64,000 bases of DNA from Eledone cirrhosa (GCA_964016885.1 OZ024740.1:310124001-310188000); one strand, 5' to 3'; counted from the stretch's first letter, positions 39,359 to 53,803 are shown. A program made the numbers and translations. The notes: generated by a model not told the origin, from the sequence alone.

Positions 39359-42300
39359 ATATATATATTGTTATATATTTTGGCAACAGTAATACTTAAA
39401 CATTAATGATTATGTGCTAATAGGATTTTCCTTCCAGAGTTCCATGATATACCTAGAGATAACAGGAAATTGTACTTTAAATGTACTCTGCTGCTATTAA
39501 TAAACGTATGGGGTGATTTATTTTCAGTTACACAACTCTTAAACGATGGTATGCCCATTGCTAGAATGAATTTGATCATATATATGGACCACAATTCTGA
39601 GATAATTGAAACCACCGATAGCTAAATAAAATGATGTTGCGCCTTACATTCTGTACACGATTTGGGAATCTCGAAATGAATAAATCATCATGTATAATAT
39701 TCCATAAAAGGGAGAAGTCCAATCTCAACATAGCTAACACTAAATTCTCATAGAACATTAAATAATCAATAATAACCCTTACAGTAAATTTAGTTCAAAT
39801 TGCTAAGTTTCTTGAATAATAAATATGGAATGCTTACAAAATGAATACAATGTATCTTACAACATGTATGAGAGGAATTCTAGAATTAATAACGTACCAA
39901 ACTAATTCTTAGAATGGAATATGGTTATGTTAAATATTATTGTACGACCTAATCAAATCAAAATTTTGAAAGAAAAGTAAGAGAAAATATGCGTATGTTA
40001 AACGAAACAATATATCTCCTGGTTCATACTTATAATTTCTCTCATGTGTAAGAAAATTCAGTCAGCAATGGGGTAGCAAAAATGTTAGAGTATAAAGTAC
40101 CTAGCCTGAAAATGCTTATATTTGATTTCACGAAGATGTAAATTTGTATAATTGATGATATGTAAGTGGTAAATCTTTTGTGACATACTTTAACCACAAT
40201 CACAATATTTACATTGCGAAATGTTCTTACAGGTAGCCTCTTTCCAAAATTATATTTCTGAAGGTAAGATAATTGAAAACTTGTCACATATTGGAAAATT
40301 TGTCTCAAGGAGAGAGTTTTGATGTTGTCGTGCTTATTGATTTCCCAGTGTAATAGTCTTATAACAGCTTAGATTAGGTCTATTAATTAAATACCACAGT
40401 TGTCGTTGCAAATATTGTAAGCGAGAACAGTTAATCTTATTTTCTCCAGTCACATGTGCTTAGTATTATTTTACTATTATCTGAAATATGAAAATGATAC
40501 ATGAAATAAAATACTTTCATTCAGAAAAAATGTGTTTTAAAATATCAAATGAAAAATATAAATTGGATAATTAAAATGAAAAGAAAGTGTTGAAAATAGA
40601 AAGTGTTGAAGCCTCACGGAGAAGTTGCGAGTGCAACGATCTTGCACTTTTTCTACATAACACAAGTGAGACTAGAAGAATTATTCGGTATACATTTTTC
40701 TATTTTTTCTTCATACTTATAAATTTATATTTAGCTCCGATTAATTAATTATTTATTTAGAAAAAGTAGGTAAATGTTGTCCGTCAGTTATTCACACTTA
40801 TGATTATATATAGCTCTCATTAATTTATTGTGTAATTAATTCATTTGTTCATCGAGCAACAATCAGTTGAAGGTGGACCTTACTCATATATATATCTGTG
40901 CTTATGTATGTATATATATATATATATTAGCAGTATCACTAATATATATATATATATATATATATATAGTTTGATATACATGCACACACTGTCACACAGA
41001 CATACATATGTATGTATATGTGTGCATGTATAAGTATGTCTAAGTGTTTAGCGTACATACATGGAGTATTCTATTAAATGGCTGAAATAGAAGCTTATTT
41101 TACATTGATCTTACCTCAGAAGAGTATTAGTTTAGAATGCTATGAGTAGTAAACAAACTAGGTGTATTCTGCTGCGTGTTGGATTTAAATATGAAAATAA
41201 TCCGGGGTCTTATATGTCCGGACAACACAATATATTAAACAGGATATAGGAAATCACAAATGGCGTTGACTTGATGGTCTGAATGCCGACAAACTTAATT
41301 GAAATAAATTTATATCCTGTCACGTTTTTCCATTGATTAACGCATAAATGCAGATCAATTCTCGATTCATGACATCGGAACATGGATAAGAATTGATTGA
41401 AATCAGTATAACAAATATTTCATTGCTATAAATATGCTTCTATATTAGAATTTCTGACTTTTACATTTCTGTATTCATTTCTGTATTCATTCCGAGTAAT
41501 TATATAAGTTTGAATACGAATATGCTTCCTTTACTAATCCGTATTTCATTGACGTATTTCATTAACGTATATTCTCTATACAAAATAGGTATCTTCAAGG
41601 CTCCAAAGAAAATGTAATCAATTTGACATGACACAATTTGAGACGGATAAAAAATAAAACAATTCCATATGTTTGCTACTTTTTGCAACTTGGCGCTAAT
41701 TATGTTTCATGTCTGTTGACAATAAATACCGTATCGTATAATTCATCCGAATATGTTACTTAACGTTTTCTTCTTTTCTTATTTTCACCTTCTTCGCTTA
41801 CTTATTTTTGTGTGGGGTTGTGGGAGCAGATTCCTCAAGCACCATTTTCAGTGTATCCTGTTAGAAGCGACCGTTTCAAATCTGTCTCGTTCAGGAATCC
41901 AGACGGATCATTTGGAGACTTAAATTTATATTATCGTAACTAGGCTACACATATTTTGAATATATTTATTTGTGAAATTGGTGTATAGCAATATGAAACT
42001 TTACAGCGTGTGATAATCGTAGATTATGGAGCATTATAAGTCTAGGCAACGGAGGTAAGTCTCTTATTCATGCCAACTTTGTAAATGGAGCGCGCGTGAT
42101 TTTATCATACATACGTATATATATATATATATATATACATGTATATATGTGTGGGTGTTGTGTGTGTGTCCATGTGTGTCCGTATGTGCATTAGTATGTG
42201 TATGTAGGTGTGAGTGTGTGTCTGTGTGTAAAACGTTCTTGGAATCCATCAAGCGGTAAATTACGTTAATTCAGAAAAAAATATGTGGAGGGTGCATGAG

Positions 42301-43104
42301 TGAATATTATATAGAGTATCTTTCAATTCTCCTCATACAATCCCGTTTCGATTTTTTCCACGCAACCTACTTCAGGAGAGAGATGTAAATGGTGGACAGT
42401 CTATCAAGATATGTCAGTGTTAGAAAAAAGATGTTCACATTTTCTATTTTTCTATTTAGAGAAATTAGCCCGGGTTACAATTGCAATCCAAAATTTGAAA
42501 ATAGGTTTGAAAATTTTATTTTTCATGCTCTTAAAACACAATCATTGAAAAAAATTATCTAATGCATTTATCTAATTACATAGTTGAAATGAATGAATTG
42601 TACATAACATATAAAGAAAAGACAAAACCAATATATTAGGTTTCAGAAAACATTTATTAAACCACTGCATTTGTAATGCTTTTTTTCAGTAATTTCTTTC
42701 AAACATATTGTTTCGTAGATTTCATACATCTTCAAATCAAATAAATCTGAAGTATATATAGCATAAAACAACGTAAAAGCAACATAAATACAAAACAAAA
42801 AGAAACAATTCATAAACAAATTAAGTATAATTTAAAAGAAAATGTTAAATGTTTCCGTCTTATTCCTATATGCTATTTAAAACATATTTCTCAATTTGAG
42901 AATACTTCATTGACTATCCTTCAACTGGGGTATATAAGTATAATCATATGAAAGAGTGATAGATATATGAATATACACATGCATAAGTGTTTCATAAATC
43001 ATTAGTATTGCATGCATTCATCTATCTCCATTAATAACAAGATATATGTGTTCAATCAAAGATACAAAAAATACACACATTCAGTAACAAATCATAAGAC
43101 GATT

Positions 43105-43147
<43 letters not shown>

Positions 43148-43160
43148 AATAACAATAATA

Positions 43161-43320
43161 ATAATTGTTTCTACTTTAGGCACAAGGCCAGCAATTACCC
43201 AGTACATTACTGGTACTTTATTTTATCGACCCCGTAAGGATGAAAGGCAAAGTTAACCTCGGCGGGATTTGAACTCAGATCATAATCCCGCCGAGGTTAA
43301 CTTTGCTTTTCATCCTTACG
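43161..43320 (-). mobile_element. 5'-truncated SINE with inverted duplication, in (AAT)n
   Basis: ~37-bp segment of the core is repeated in inverted orientation at 43284-43320. Confidence 0.85.
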
Positions 43321-43621
43321 ATAATAATAATGATAATAATTACAAGGAGCAGAAACTGAATATTCAATGAAATCGATAGATGATCGACCACGAGACCCTC
43401 GTGATAATGACACAATGTTGATACGTCATTTATGCTCCATTAGTAGTATTATTAACATTCTGTTTCCTAAGATTACCGGATGCGGTGTAATACCAGATGT
43501 AGGGTACCATATCGACAATCGGTAGACCCATATTGGCATTGTGTGCTCAAACTTGTGAACCAATATTAACTAAATGTTAGACACCAATAATCTATATATA
43601 ATAATAAATATCCATATATCC

Positions 43622-43748
<127 letters not shown>

Positions 43749-43764
43749 CATATATAGATGTAGA

Positions 43765-44150
<386 letters not shown>

Positions 44151-44153
44151 ATA

Positions 44154-44184
<31 letters not shown>

Positions 44185-44343
44185 GTATATATATATATAC
44201 ATATATATATACATATATATTCAGGTTTGAGGTTCACCACTGTATAGAGGTGGTCTATTCCGTATGGTCAATCGTAATGCAATCGGGTCCTCGATTTTCA
44301 GCCCCATGGATTTTATCTATTACATTCACGTATTATATTTCGA

Positions 44344-44401
44344 ATACCTGATGATATCACCGGATTCATACGGGACCCGGTCATTGAAATGATCATAGTA
44401 T
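44344..44401 (+). ncRNA. Hammerhead-like motif in a ~230-bp island (44221-44452) between (TA)n tracts
   Basis: ATAC-CTGATGA-tatcACCGG..CCGGTcatt-GAAA-TGATCA-TA-GTAT. Confidence 0.65.
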
Positions 44402-44476
44402 AATACACCTTTCAAGGATTTACACAAATCCAGCCTCCTATCATTCCATTATATACATATATATATATATATATAT

Positions 44477-44674
44477 ATAACGAAGGAAATGTGGTAAGGA
44501 ACCAGGTGGACCATAACGCACCAAAGTACTCAATACTTAGGGTAGTAGAGTGGGTAATAGGAATGAGTAGGACCCCGACGGCTGAGCTCAAGCCGTTTCG
44601 ACGGCTAATTCTGGACTCAGTCCAGAATTAGCCGTCAAAACGGCTTGAGCTCAGCCGTTGGGGTCCTACTCGTT

Positions 44675-44678
<4 letters not shown>
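44477..44678 (-). mobile_element. Fold-back element family A, copy 5
   Basis: Same arms and tail as copy 2; (TA)n on both sides. Confidence 0.9.
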
Positions 44679-44745
<67 letters not shown>

Positions 44746-44751
<6 letters not shown>

Positions 44752-45085
44752 GTGAGTTTTTTTTTACAAAATGAAAAATAACCGAGGTGTCCTACACGAG
44801 TGAAAGTATAAAGAAAAAAAATGAAATCGAAAATGCAACTGGAGTCTTATTTTAAAAATATATATACATATATATATTTGGTTCCTTTACCGGTTTCGCA
44901 GTTCTTCTGCTTTTCAAACGTAGAGTTGAGATGGAGGGTCTATGGTTTTTCCCACAGACCCTCCATCTCAACTCTACTTTTGAAAAGCAGAAGAACTGCG
45001 AAACCGGTAAAGGAACCAAATAAATATATATATATATTTTTAAAAATAAGACTCCAGTTGCATTTTCGATTCATCTGTTTTCCTT
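44746..45085. repeat. Fold-back element family E (~120-bp arms + left tail) with variant hammerhead
   Basis: 44821-44941 inverted at ~44956-45074; CTT-TTGAAAA-GCAG aagaa CTGC-GAAA-CCGG-TA-AAGG at 44977-45013. Confidence 0.85.
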
Positions 45086-45102
45086 TTCTCTCTCTCTCTC
45101 TC

Positions 45103-45245
<143 letters not shown>

Positions 45246-45635
45246 ATATATATACATGTGTGTGTGTGTGTTTTAACGGGTATATACTCGTTTATATATA
45301 TATGGCAATTATTGTTGTGTTTGAGTGGTGTGTCACAGTGAGTGAGAAGGCTGGCAACTTGAATTGCAGGGACAATCCAGACGGCAGGAAAAAAAATAGG
45401 AACCATAAAATGAATATCTATCAGCCTAGTTACAGTCACAAGGCCGGCTACGTCTCAATGCACCATTTGCCACGCAGTACTATCAAACAGAATTTATGAT
45501 TACGAATACAGCTTCTTAAAAGTTCGGCATACACATACATACATGCAAACACACACATGCGCGCGCGTGTGTGTGTTAGTATTTGTGTGTTTATATGTGT
45601 GTTTTTGTGAGTGTCTGTATGTCCCTGTTATATAT

Positions 45636-45925
45636 ATATTGTTATACTTGGGGAGGGTCATATTGTTGTAATAATATTGCCAGAAATAACAACAGAACAC
45701 ACTCACTGTTTGGTTGGTTTTGGCTTCTGTATCTTTTATATCTCTACAGTTAATTCATTTGACAATAAATGTTTATCATTGATTGACCAACGGTTAAAAA
45801 TACAGATCTAAATATATATATATAGTCCATCAAAGTTCTATCGTTGCACATCTGCAACATCATCAGTGGTACTATTATGTTCCCTCCTATTGTATTGTAA
45901 TGTCTACGCCATTTTTATTTTATAT
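45636..45925 (-). mobile_element. Single-arm copy of family B (PLE pLTR-like) with hammerhead
   Basis: Matches 8149-8385 and extends beyond that axis; minus strand ATAGTACCA-CTGATGA-TGTTGCAgatgTGCAAC-GAtA..TGGACTAT. Confidence 0.85.
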
Positions 45926-45927
45926 AT

Positions 45928-45958
<31 letters not shown>

Positions 45959-46227
45959 AATATTAAGAAATAAGTAGAGATATTTTTTACGTATTCATCT
46001 TCAGTTTATTGCCTTATATCACACAAATTATGTACATTTCAAAGGCATTATTAAATCCTTATATGAAATATCTATTCACCTCATTGTCCTCAGCCATTTG
46101 CTGAAAATGTAATGTTTTGTTTTGGGTTTAGGTTGTGATATGCCCACAGTCGAAGAGATGCTATTCATTCAGTCTTACATCAGACCCTATTGTTGAACGG
46201 GAAATGGATGTTGAACTTTTTACAATA

Positions 46228-46420
46228 ATAATTGTTTCTACGTTTGGCACAAGACCAGCAATTATCCCAGTGTATGACTGGTACTTTATTTTATGGACCC
46301 CGTAAGGATGAAAAGCAAAGTTAAACTCGGCGGAATTTGAACTCAGACCATAAAGGGCCGTAACTGTTTGCTGCAAAGCATGGTGTCCGACCCTCTACCG
46401 ATACTGCCAATCCATCGCCC
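46228..46420 (-). mobile_element. tRNA-derived SINE with 17-bp TSD
   Basis: CTTTTTACAATAATAAT at 46216-46232 and 46421-46437. Confidence 0.9.
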
Positions 46421-46654
46421 CTTTTTACAATAATAATGTTTGTATATACGTGCCGTTTTCTCTTTCTCTGCAATTTAGGTCTGGTCATCGTTTCGATAAC
46501 CGAATGACACAGAATGTATTTCACAGTTGAATCTCGCAATGTCCAAGTTGAATTCAGGAATTTCCATATTTGAAAACTGAAAGAGTTGCTATTAACATAA
46601 GAGTTTTCAGATTAAAAGTTTAATCAAATAATTTCTGCTTTCACTATTATTGCT

Positions 46655-46852
46655 TGGACTTTAGGCACAAGGTCAACACTTTGGGGTAGGGAATAGTCGA
46701 TTAAATTACCTCAGTGCGTTTCTGGTACTTTATCGACCCAGTAAGGTTGAATAGCAAAGCTAAGCTCGGCGAGATTTGAACTCAGAACGTAAAGGGTCAT
46801 AACTGTATGCTACAAAACATGGTATATGATGCTCTACCGATATTGCCTATCC
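46655..46852 (-). mobile_element. Diverged SINE (variant with extra 3' segment)
   Basis: B-box, degenerate core, TCGATTAAAT insert as in 2561-2782. Confidence 0.8.
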
Positions 46853-47107
46853 AAATGCGGGATTTTCTGAAACTGAGAAATATCACTCCGCGGACACAGA
46901 TGTAAATATTTCGAAAGATTACGACCAAATATTGCCTTTGAAACATAGAAAGACATAACGATAACGCGTGAAGACCAAATTTTCAGATAAATTTATGCAT
47001 GGAGAATAAAATATACAACTGCGTCATTAAGTGAAGCGGGAACAACATATTCTTACTCCGAAAATATTTACCTTAACTATTATTATTAGACTATTATTAT
47101 TTTATTA

Positions 47108-47614
47108 CTAGCTGACCTACCCAGCTTCGACCGGGTAACCAGATGATAAGAGAAGACAGGTAGAAGAGGAAATAACTATATTGAATGTTTGTATGGTTTG
47201 CAGTATGAGGCGAGACCATGGTGTGTGTGTGTTACAAAAAAATAAACAGTAAAAAAATGTTTCCACTCGTGAACAACCTACATATAACTATCCATGGGTA
47301 AAAAGCGATTCTCTCGTATTCAATTCTACAACTTTGAAACTCTGATCCTGAGCTTTATGTACGGTCATAGTAAATCTGGCTCTAACAGGGAACTGAAGTC
47401 TTGAGAATTTGAATGGATGCTTTGTAGAGAAAGGGATAAGAGGAATCTTGGGAATAAATGCTTTTCTCCTTGATAATTGCCTACAAGAATATTGACCTCT
47501 AGGAGATGGTTCATTCTCTACCTGGCTGTAATGTCTGTGCTATTGCATAGAAGTAGCGGCTCCACGTTTCTCAAAACGATGATGGAAGTTCGAATCTTTT
47601 ATATTATATGTAGA
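47108..47614 (-). mobile_element. Non-autonomous Helitron
   Basis: Minus strand starts A|TCTACATATAAT and ends with hairpin ACCCGGTCGAAGCTGGGT then CAGCTAG|T (TC...CTAG between A and T). The 5' end could alternatively be 47634. Confidence 0.7.
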
Positions 47615-48194
47615 TATCGATATAGATATATAGATAATTGTATATAAATGTGTGTGTGTGTGTGTGCGGGTGTATGCGCGTGCGCATTTGTGTATGTGTG
47701 CGTAAAGCAGCGCCCGAATCGTGTGTTTAATTCTCTGTGCATCTTGTTAAGTATTTACGTGAAGATATATATGTAACTTACTAAGGGGTAACGTACGTAA
47801 CGAACGTGCAAAACACACACACACTCACAGACACAGGCACACTAATAGACAAAATGTGACGTCGTCGTCGTGTTATAAAATGTCCGTTTAATTATAGTCG
47901 TCTATAGTAGATTATTTTAGATAAATTGATATATTGTTTTAATCCAAATGAAAATAAAACTTGTATATTGTTACTGCCGGGGTCTAATAACTTGTAAACT
48001 TTGTTTAATTTGGTCGAGCCATTTCGGAATGCATATGGAAAAAAACAGACTTACATCCAGTGAGAGAAAGACTGTTATATATATAGAGAGATAATAACTA
48101 TTATTATCGCTATTATTATTACCATCATTATTATTATTACCATTATTTTTGTTATCATTTGTTATTATTATTATTATTATTATTGTTGTTATTC

Positions 48195-48936
48195 CTTGAA
48201 TCTCAGTCATTGATGTTGGTTAACTGGAAAGTCCGTTGGAATGAATATCAAGCCACTACCTGCAGCCTCAAATATTCAGGACGTATCGGAGGGTTCTTGC
48301 TGTTCCAAGCAAGCATGCCTTTTGAAGCGTTCCAAAAAGCGTGAAGAGGCCGATTTTCTTTAACCATCCCTGGAAACTTTTGGAGATAGTCCCCAGTGCG
48401 CCTATGACAATCGGGATCACTTTGACTTCATGGCAGTTCCAAATCCTTTTCACCTCCCACTTTAGGTCCTGGTATCGGTTAATTTTCTCCCTCTCCTTCT
48501 CTTGCACTCTCGTGTCGAATGGGCAGGCCACATCCACAATCAGGCACAATCTTTTTTCTTTGTCCACAACCACCAGGTCAGGTCTATTGTGTTCCAGTTT
48601 TTTGTCCGTCTGTATCCTAAAATCCCACAGCACCTTCACCTGATTGTTCTCCATCACCGCCTCTGGCCTATGCTCATACCATTTCTCAGAATGTGGTAAA
48701 TTGTTTACTTTGCACAGGTGCCAGTGGATCACCCTGCCCATCACATCGTGTCTCCAGCCCTTATAGTGGGTCTGGGCTAGGTGTTTACACTCGGACACAA
48801 TGTGAGCCACAGTCTCCTCTCTCTCTCCACAGATCCTGCACAGTGGGCTAGCCTCCTCCTTGTAGATATGGTGCTTCAACCACTTCGCTTTGAGGGCCTG
48901 CTCCTGCGCAGCCATTAGCATTCCTTCTGTAGCCTT
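48195..48936 (-). mobile_element. R4/Dong-like subfamily A, 5'-truncated (CCHC + RLE domain intact), in (AAT)n
   Basis: ORF 48268..48990: CRICG..HIVSEC, RHD, RPDLVVVDK; its N-terminal IIII run is just microsatellite. Confidence 0.93.
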
Positions 48937-48999
48937 TATTATTATTATTATTATTAATTTTACCATTATTATTATTACTTCTATTATCATTACTGAAGT

Positions 49000-49190
49000 T
49001 GGATTGAAAGTATCGGTAGAGAGTCAGAAACCTTGCTTTGCAGCATAGATTTATGGCCTTTTACGTTCTGAGTTCAAATCCCACCGACGTTAACTTTGTC
49101 TTTCATCCTAATGGGGGTTGATAAAATAAAGCACAAGTAATGCACTGGGATAATTGCTGGCCTTGTTCCAAAAGTAGAAACACTTATTAT
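49000..49190 (+). mobile_element. tRNA-derived SINE
   Basis: B-box, core and GTAGAAAC end. Confidence 0.85.
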
Positions 49191-49539
49191 TACTTATATT
49201 CTTAATAACTTCAGTATTTCTATGTTTAATCATATTACTTCTATTAATATTAGCTTATGGTAAATATCCAATAATCTAAAAAGAAAATTATCCTCCTGAT
49301 TTCTTCAAAGCAAATATTCGTTCTTTCCGCTTTACTTAATGACTTATTTGGATATTTTATTCTCCTTGTATATATTTTACCGTATCTCAGGATATATATG
49401 TTGACATGGATTCTTTGATTCTTTGATTCGTATGTGAGATTTCATGCATCATTAGATTCAATAATTATTCGTTATACCTATGTGATTATATCTGATCAAT
49501 TCCGTAGTTAAAATTATGTACATAAAAATTTCCATATAC

Positions 49540-50100
49540 AAAGAAGTACTCCTCATTTCAAGAGACCTTTATCTGAGCTTCCCCCTCTTAAGTTCAGGAC
49601 GGTATGCGGCTAGACACCTTGTCATCAATACAATTGCTAAGTGGTGACACACTAACCAAAAACCCCTCTTGTCTCATCAGGTGGGCTCATATCATTAACA
49701 ATTCTAGAAACACTTCTCATCGTAGTCCCTCATATTTCCCACAAAAAAATATTTCAGCACCTCACAATTTATAGCTCTCTACAAGTAAACTTACATTAGT
49801 GCAAGTAATATTATTTTTCACAGGGATCCCTAATTCATATCTAATTGGCATACATCATTTATAAACAATACCCATCTTCCATTTCACAAACATGGTATCT
49901 CTATTCACTGACGTTTTTACTGCTTCTGTGTCTGCTTCTATGTCTGCCCCAAAGGACTGGCTTCTTTCCTGCCAAATTCAATCAAGCCCTCTCGACACAA
50001 TTTTCTCTCACCCACCTTGTTTACAACACATAGGCCTACCACAAATCAATACTCCCAACCTTTTCTGTCCAGGTACTCGCCCCTCCAGAAACACACGCAT
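49540..50100 (-). pseudogene. Possible very old R4/Dong-like RT remnant
   Basis: Faint RGVF..SPL..IVLM and GRPMCC stretches in the expected order. Confidence 0.3.
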
Positions 50101-50393
50101 GTTCTTGTATCAAATGAAGAGAACGTTCAACTATTTAAGCAAGAAATGAAAATTCTTCAAACGATTTAAGCAAGAAATAAAAATTCTTCAAACTCTCCGG
50201 TTTGTAATTTCGTTTATGTATGCCAATTATAGAGAAAATTATGAAATGTTATGCCTATGGATTAATTAATTCATTCTTCTCCTTCTTCTTCCATTAGTAT
50301 TAATAAATACGCCAAAAATAGTCACAAAATAAAAAAATTGCAGAAGAAAGAGTAGAAGAACATAGTCAATTTACTGAACTCCAGATTTTTACT

Positions 50394-51084
50394 AATAATT
50401 GTTTCTTCTTTTGGCACAAGGCCAGCAATTATTCCAGTATAATACTGGTACTTTATTTGATAGACCCCGTAAAGATGAAAGGCAAAGTTAACCTCGGCGG
50501 GAATTGAACTCAGACCATAAAGGAACGACCTCCGAAAGGTGAAAGATAAAGATCTGGAATAACAATAACAACCACGACAAAAGCAATATCAATACTAATA
50601 ATACTACACACAATTGTGACTAGATCTGGCACGAGGACAGCCGTTTCTATCAAATTGACATCGGTACGCCAGTGGTACTTTCTTTTATCAACCCAGTAAG
50701 GATCAATAGTTAACGTCGATGGGATTTCAACTCATGATGTCCGCCGTGCTACACATACTGCAAATCCGCCGCGGTCTTATACATACAATAATATATTTAT
50801 ATGGTGTAGCTTGATGTTACAACACATATGTTTTGGAATCAATTTCAAGAATATATTCGATTGATGATAAATTTACAGATAGAATGTGCTTCATTTGTCT
50901 CTACTTATATATAACTTTGCGTGTTTAGAATATCTAGATAGGAGGCAAAAAAGTCAATCTGCAAGTAATATGAGTTTTTTTAAACTATCAGTAATTTGGA
51001 ATGTCATTGCAAGTTTCATTATTAAAAGCAGTTTCTGAGGGCGCTGGATTGGCAGTCTGAGTTCAAATCCCGCCGAGGTTAACT
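50394..51084. mobile_element. Three partial SINE copies (50394-50522 minus, ~50620-50775 minus, 51039-51084 plus)
   Basis: Core and B-box fragments. Confidence 0.7.
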
Positions 51085-51557
51085 AAAAGGTAGTGAGTGT
51101 GGAACAAGGGAGTTAATATGTCACAAGCCCACACATTTTCTATTTGTTAGTTGGATGAACATGGTCCGCTCCTCTCTCTGCACAAATCTGATATCATGAC
51201 AAGGATATTACGTATTTCTTCCCTTTCCACAAAAACACACATTCTCATATATGAATATATATATATAATATGTTTGTATGTGTCAAGCAATAGGCTTTCT
51301 ATGTATGGTGGGTTATGTAGATGTTATAGTTGCATAATGATCCTGGCAGTGCTCCGTAAGTGAAGTTTGAGGAGGAAAATTGAGGTGAGACGAGTGAGCT
51401 ATAGGGAACAGGAAGGTAGAAATAGTTGGTAAAAATAATCGAGGTAAAACTTGTTAAAACCGTTCAGGTTTTGTGTTTTTTATAGGATAGAGGTCAATAT
51501 ATTGTTATGTGTGTGTGTGCGCGCGTGTGTGTGTATGTGTGTGTGTATGTGTGTGTA

Positions 51558-51604
<47 letters not shown>

Positions 51605-51954
51605 ACAAGAGAGCGTTAAGGATAGGATAAGAATAATGAAATAGAAATAAAAAGATTAAAGGAGGAAATTATAAATTGGATTAGTATATTAACGGAGCAG
51701 ATACGCGATTACTGTCTACGAGCCTTATTATTTGGTTAGTTTGGGATAGTTGATGGTTAGAGATTAGGGCTTCTGAATCTAAATTCCTCCGTCAGACTCT
51801 CTTGTTAATCTTGGCAAATGGTTATCCCACCGGAGTACACGTATAGATGTTTTTAAGTGTCCAGATCACTCCGACCTTTCAGGGTTGATTCTCCCTTCTT
51901 AATAAAATGCACTTTCGTTATTCAGAGTCTGTTTCTTCCGACAATATGATTAGG

Positions 51955-53050
51955 TTAAGGCCTCATTCGGTTAAGGCTGACTATGGGTACTATCCTGTTA
52001 TCAGCTCATCTGGAGCAGCTTCTCCGGTGGCTAAACAGATCTATACGTGAGTGACAGTTTTTGTTACATTGAAAACATCTGTATATGGTCTCCGGTCTGT
52101 TCGATTTATTGTTCTCCTGTCACTGGGCTCTTCTGTCCGCTGCTGCAGTCATCAAACTCTTTTCCCTGATTTAAGGTGTTGATTCAGTGTGTTTCTCCAT
52201 CTTGGCCGGCCAGCTGCGAGGCCCTCCAGAACTCTGTGTTGATCTCAATGGCCTTCATATCTCTCTTCACAATGTCTTTGTATCGCAGCCGAGGTCGATG
52301 CGTGGCTGTCTTTCCAGAAGCTAGTTCCCCATATAAGATGTATTTTGGGATGTGGCCAACATTCATGCGGAGGGCGTGTCCTAGCCAGCGTAGTATGCAC
52401 TGCCGGAGCAGGGTAAACGTGCTGGGAAGACCAGCATGAATAAGGACCTCGGCGTTGGGCACTCTGTCCTGCCAGGATATACTCAGGATACAGTGCAAGT
52501 TACTCAGATGGATGGTGTTGAGTCGCCTCTCCTGTCTGGCATATGGGGACCATGTCTCACTGCCATGCAGCAGTGTGCTGATGCCACAGATATTGTACAC
52601 AGCCATCCTGGTCTTTACCACCAGGTTGTGGTTTGTGCACACTCGGGTTGTGAGGTGAGCAAATGTGGCTGCTTTCCCAATCCTCCTGTCACGCTGTGTG
52701 TCCAGAGAAAGGTTGTCGGTTATGGTGGAACCAAGGTAAGTGAACTGAAGGACGACGTCGAGCTCATAGTCATCGGTTTTGATAACCGATGGTACCTCTG
52801 TGTCCTGTCAAAAACGTTTGTCTTCCCAAGGCTGAAGGACAGTCCAAACTCCCTGCAGGCCTGGGAGAATCGGTGGTCGATCAGCATCTAGATTTTCTGC
52901 TGGGAGTGCGTCGCAACTGCTGCATAAATGACAAACAGCATGTCTCTAATGAGGATTCTACGTACCGTTGTCGTCGCTCTGAGGCAGGGGTGGTCGAACA
53001 GCTTGCCGTCTGATCTGGTATGTAGGAAGATCCCTTCTGTTGCAGTGCCA
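51955..53050 (-). mobile_element. RTE-clade LINE 3' fragment
   Basis: ORF 52184..52642: TLLHGSETWS..ISWQDRVPNAEVL..LRWLGHALRM..IPKYILYGELASG..RPRLRYKD; upstream GIFLHTRSDGKLF; downstream SRIDLFSHR. Confidence 0.9.
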
Positions 53051-53086
53051 ATATGATTGTTGTAATGCTTTTCTCACATTCTTGTC

Positions 53087-53803
53087 TGTGTTGGAGCACT
53101 GCACGTGGTGATCTTATTTTATTTTTGTTTTTGAAGTGTTCATTCACTTTGTTGCCTCAGCTCGTGAACACTGGTACGACGAAACCACCCTATTTGAATC
53201 CATAGAACCCAACTCATGGTGACTGTTTTTCCCGGGGGTGTTACTGACAACGTTTCGTAGATATTGTTTGCAGGGAAAAAAGTGGATGAACACAGCCTCA
53301 CACCAACACCAGCCCCCACAACTCACAGATAACAAAAAAAGGCGAAATACGAAAAGAGCATCAACAAGAACAAGAAACACATCAAAGACAGACCAGACAA
53401 CGAAAGGAAGGATATAGAGAAAGATACGAGAGAACAAGAACAAAAACAAAGAAGGTGACCTGCCATAATATGGCTAACAAACAGAATAAAAAACGTATAA
53501 GAAAGCACGTCAAATAGGCAGGTCTCCTAGTATGATTAACAAGGCTTGGACGGACGTTGAGACAATTCCTCTCATAGAGCCACGAAGAAGGCGATGCCAG
53601 GTCCGGGAAAGCTCTACTTCTACAACACTAATAATGAACACACACCCACAACAACAACACAATTCCAACAAGCCTAAGGAAACAATTAATTTATGAGCTA
53701 ATCTGCACAGTCGGGGCCCACTACATATTTTCATAAAATGACAGCTACAGCACTGAGTGAAGGATCCCTTCGAAAACAACACCGATCACAGTGCTCCAAC
53801 ACA
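53087..53803. mobile_element. ~717-bp segment bounded by 15-bp perfect inverted repeats (MITE or solo-LTR-like)
   Basis: TGTGTTGGAGCACTG (53087-53101) and CAGTGCTCCAACACA (53789-53803); no TSD seen. Confidence 0.5.

Noticed and set aside
51640-51950. Possible GIY-YIG C-terminal remnant; similarly a possible PLE RT trace at 58200-58560
   Set aside because: Too degraded to support by eye.
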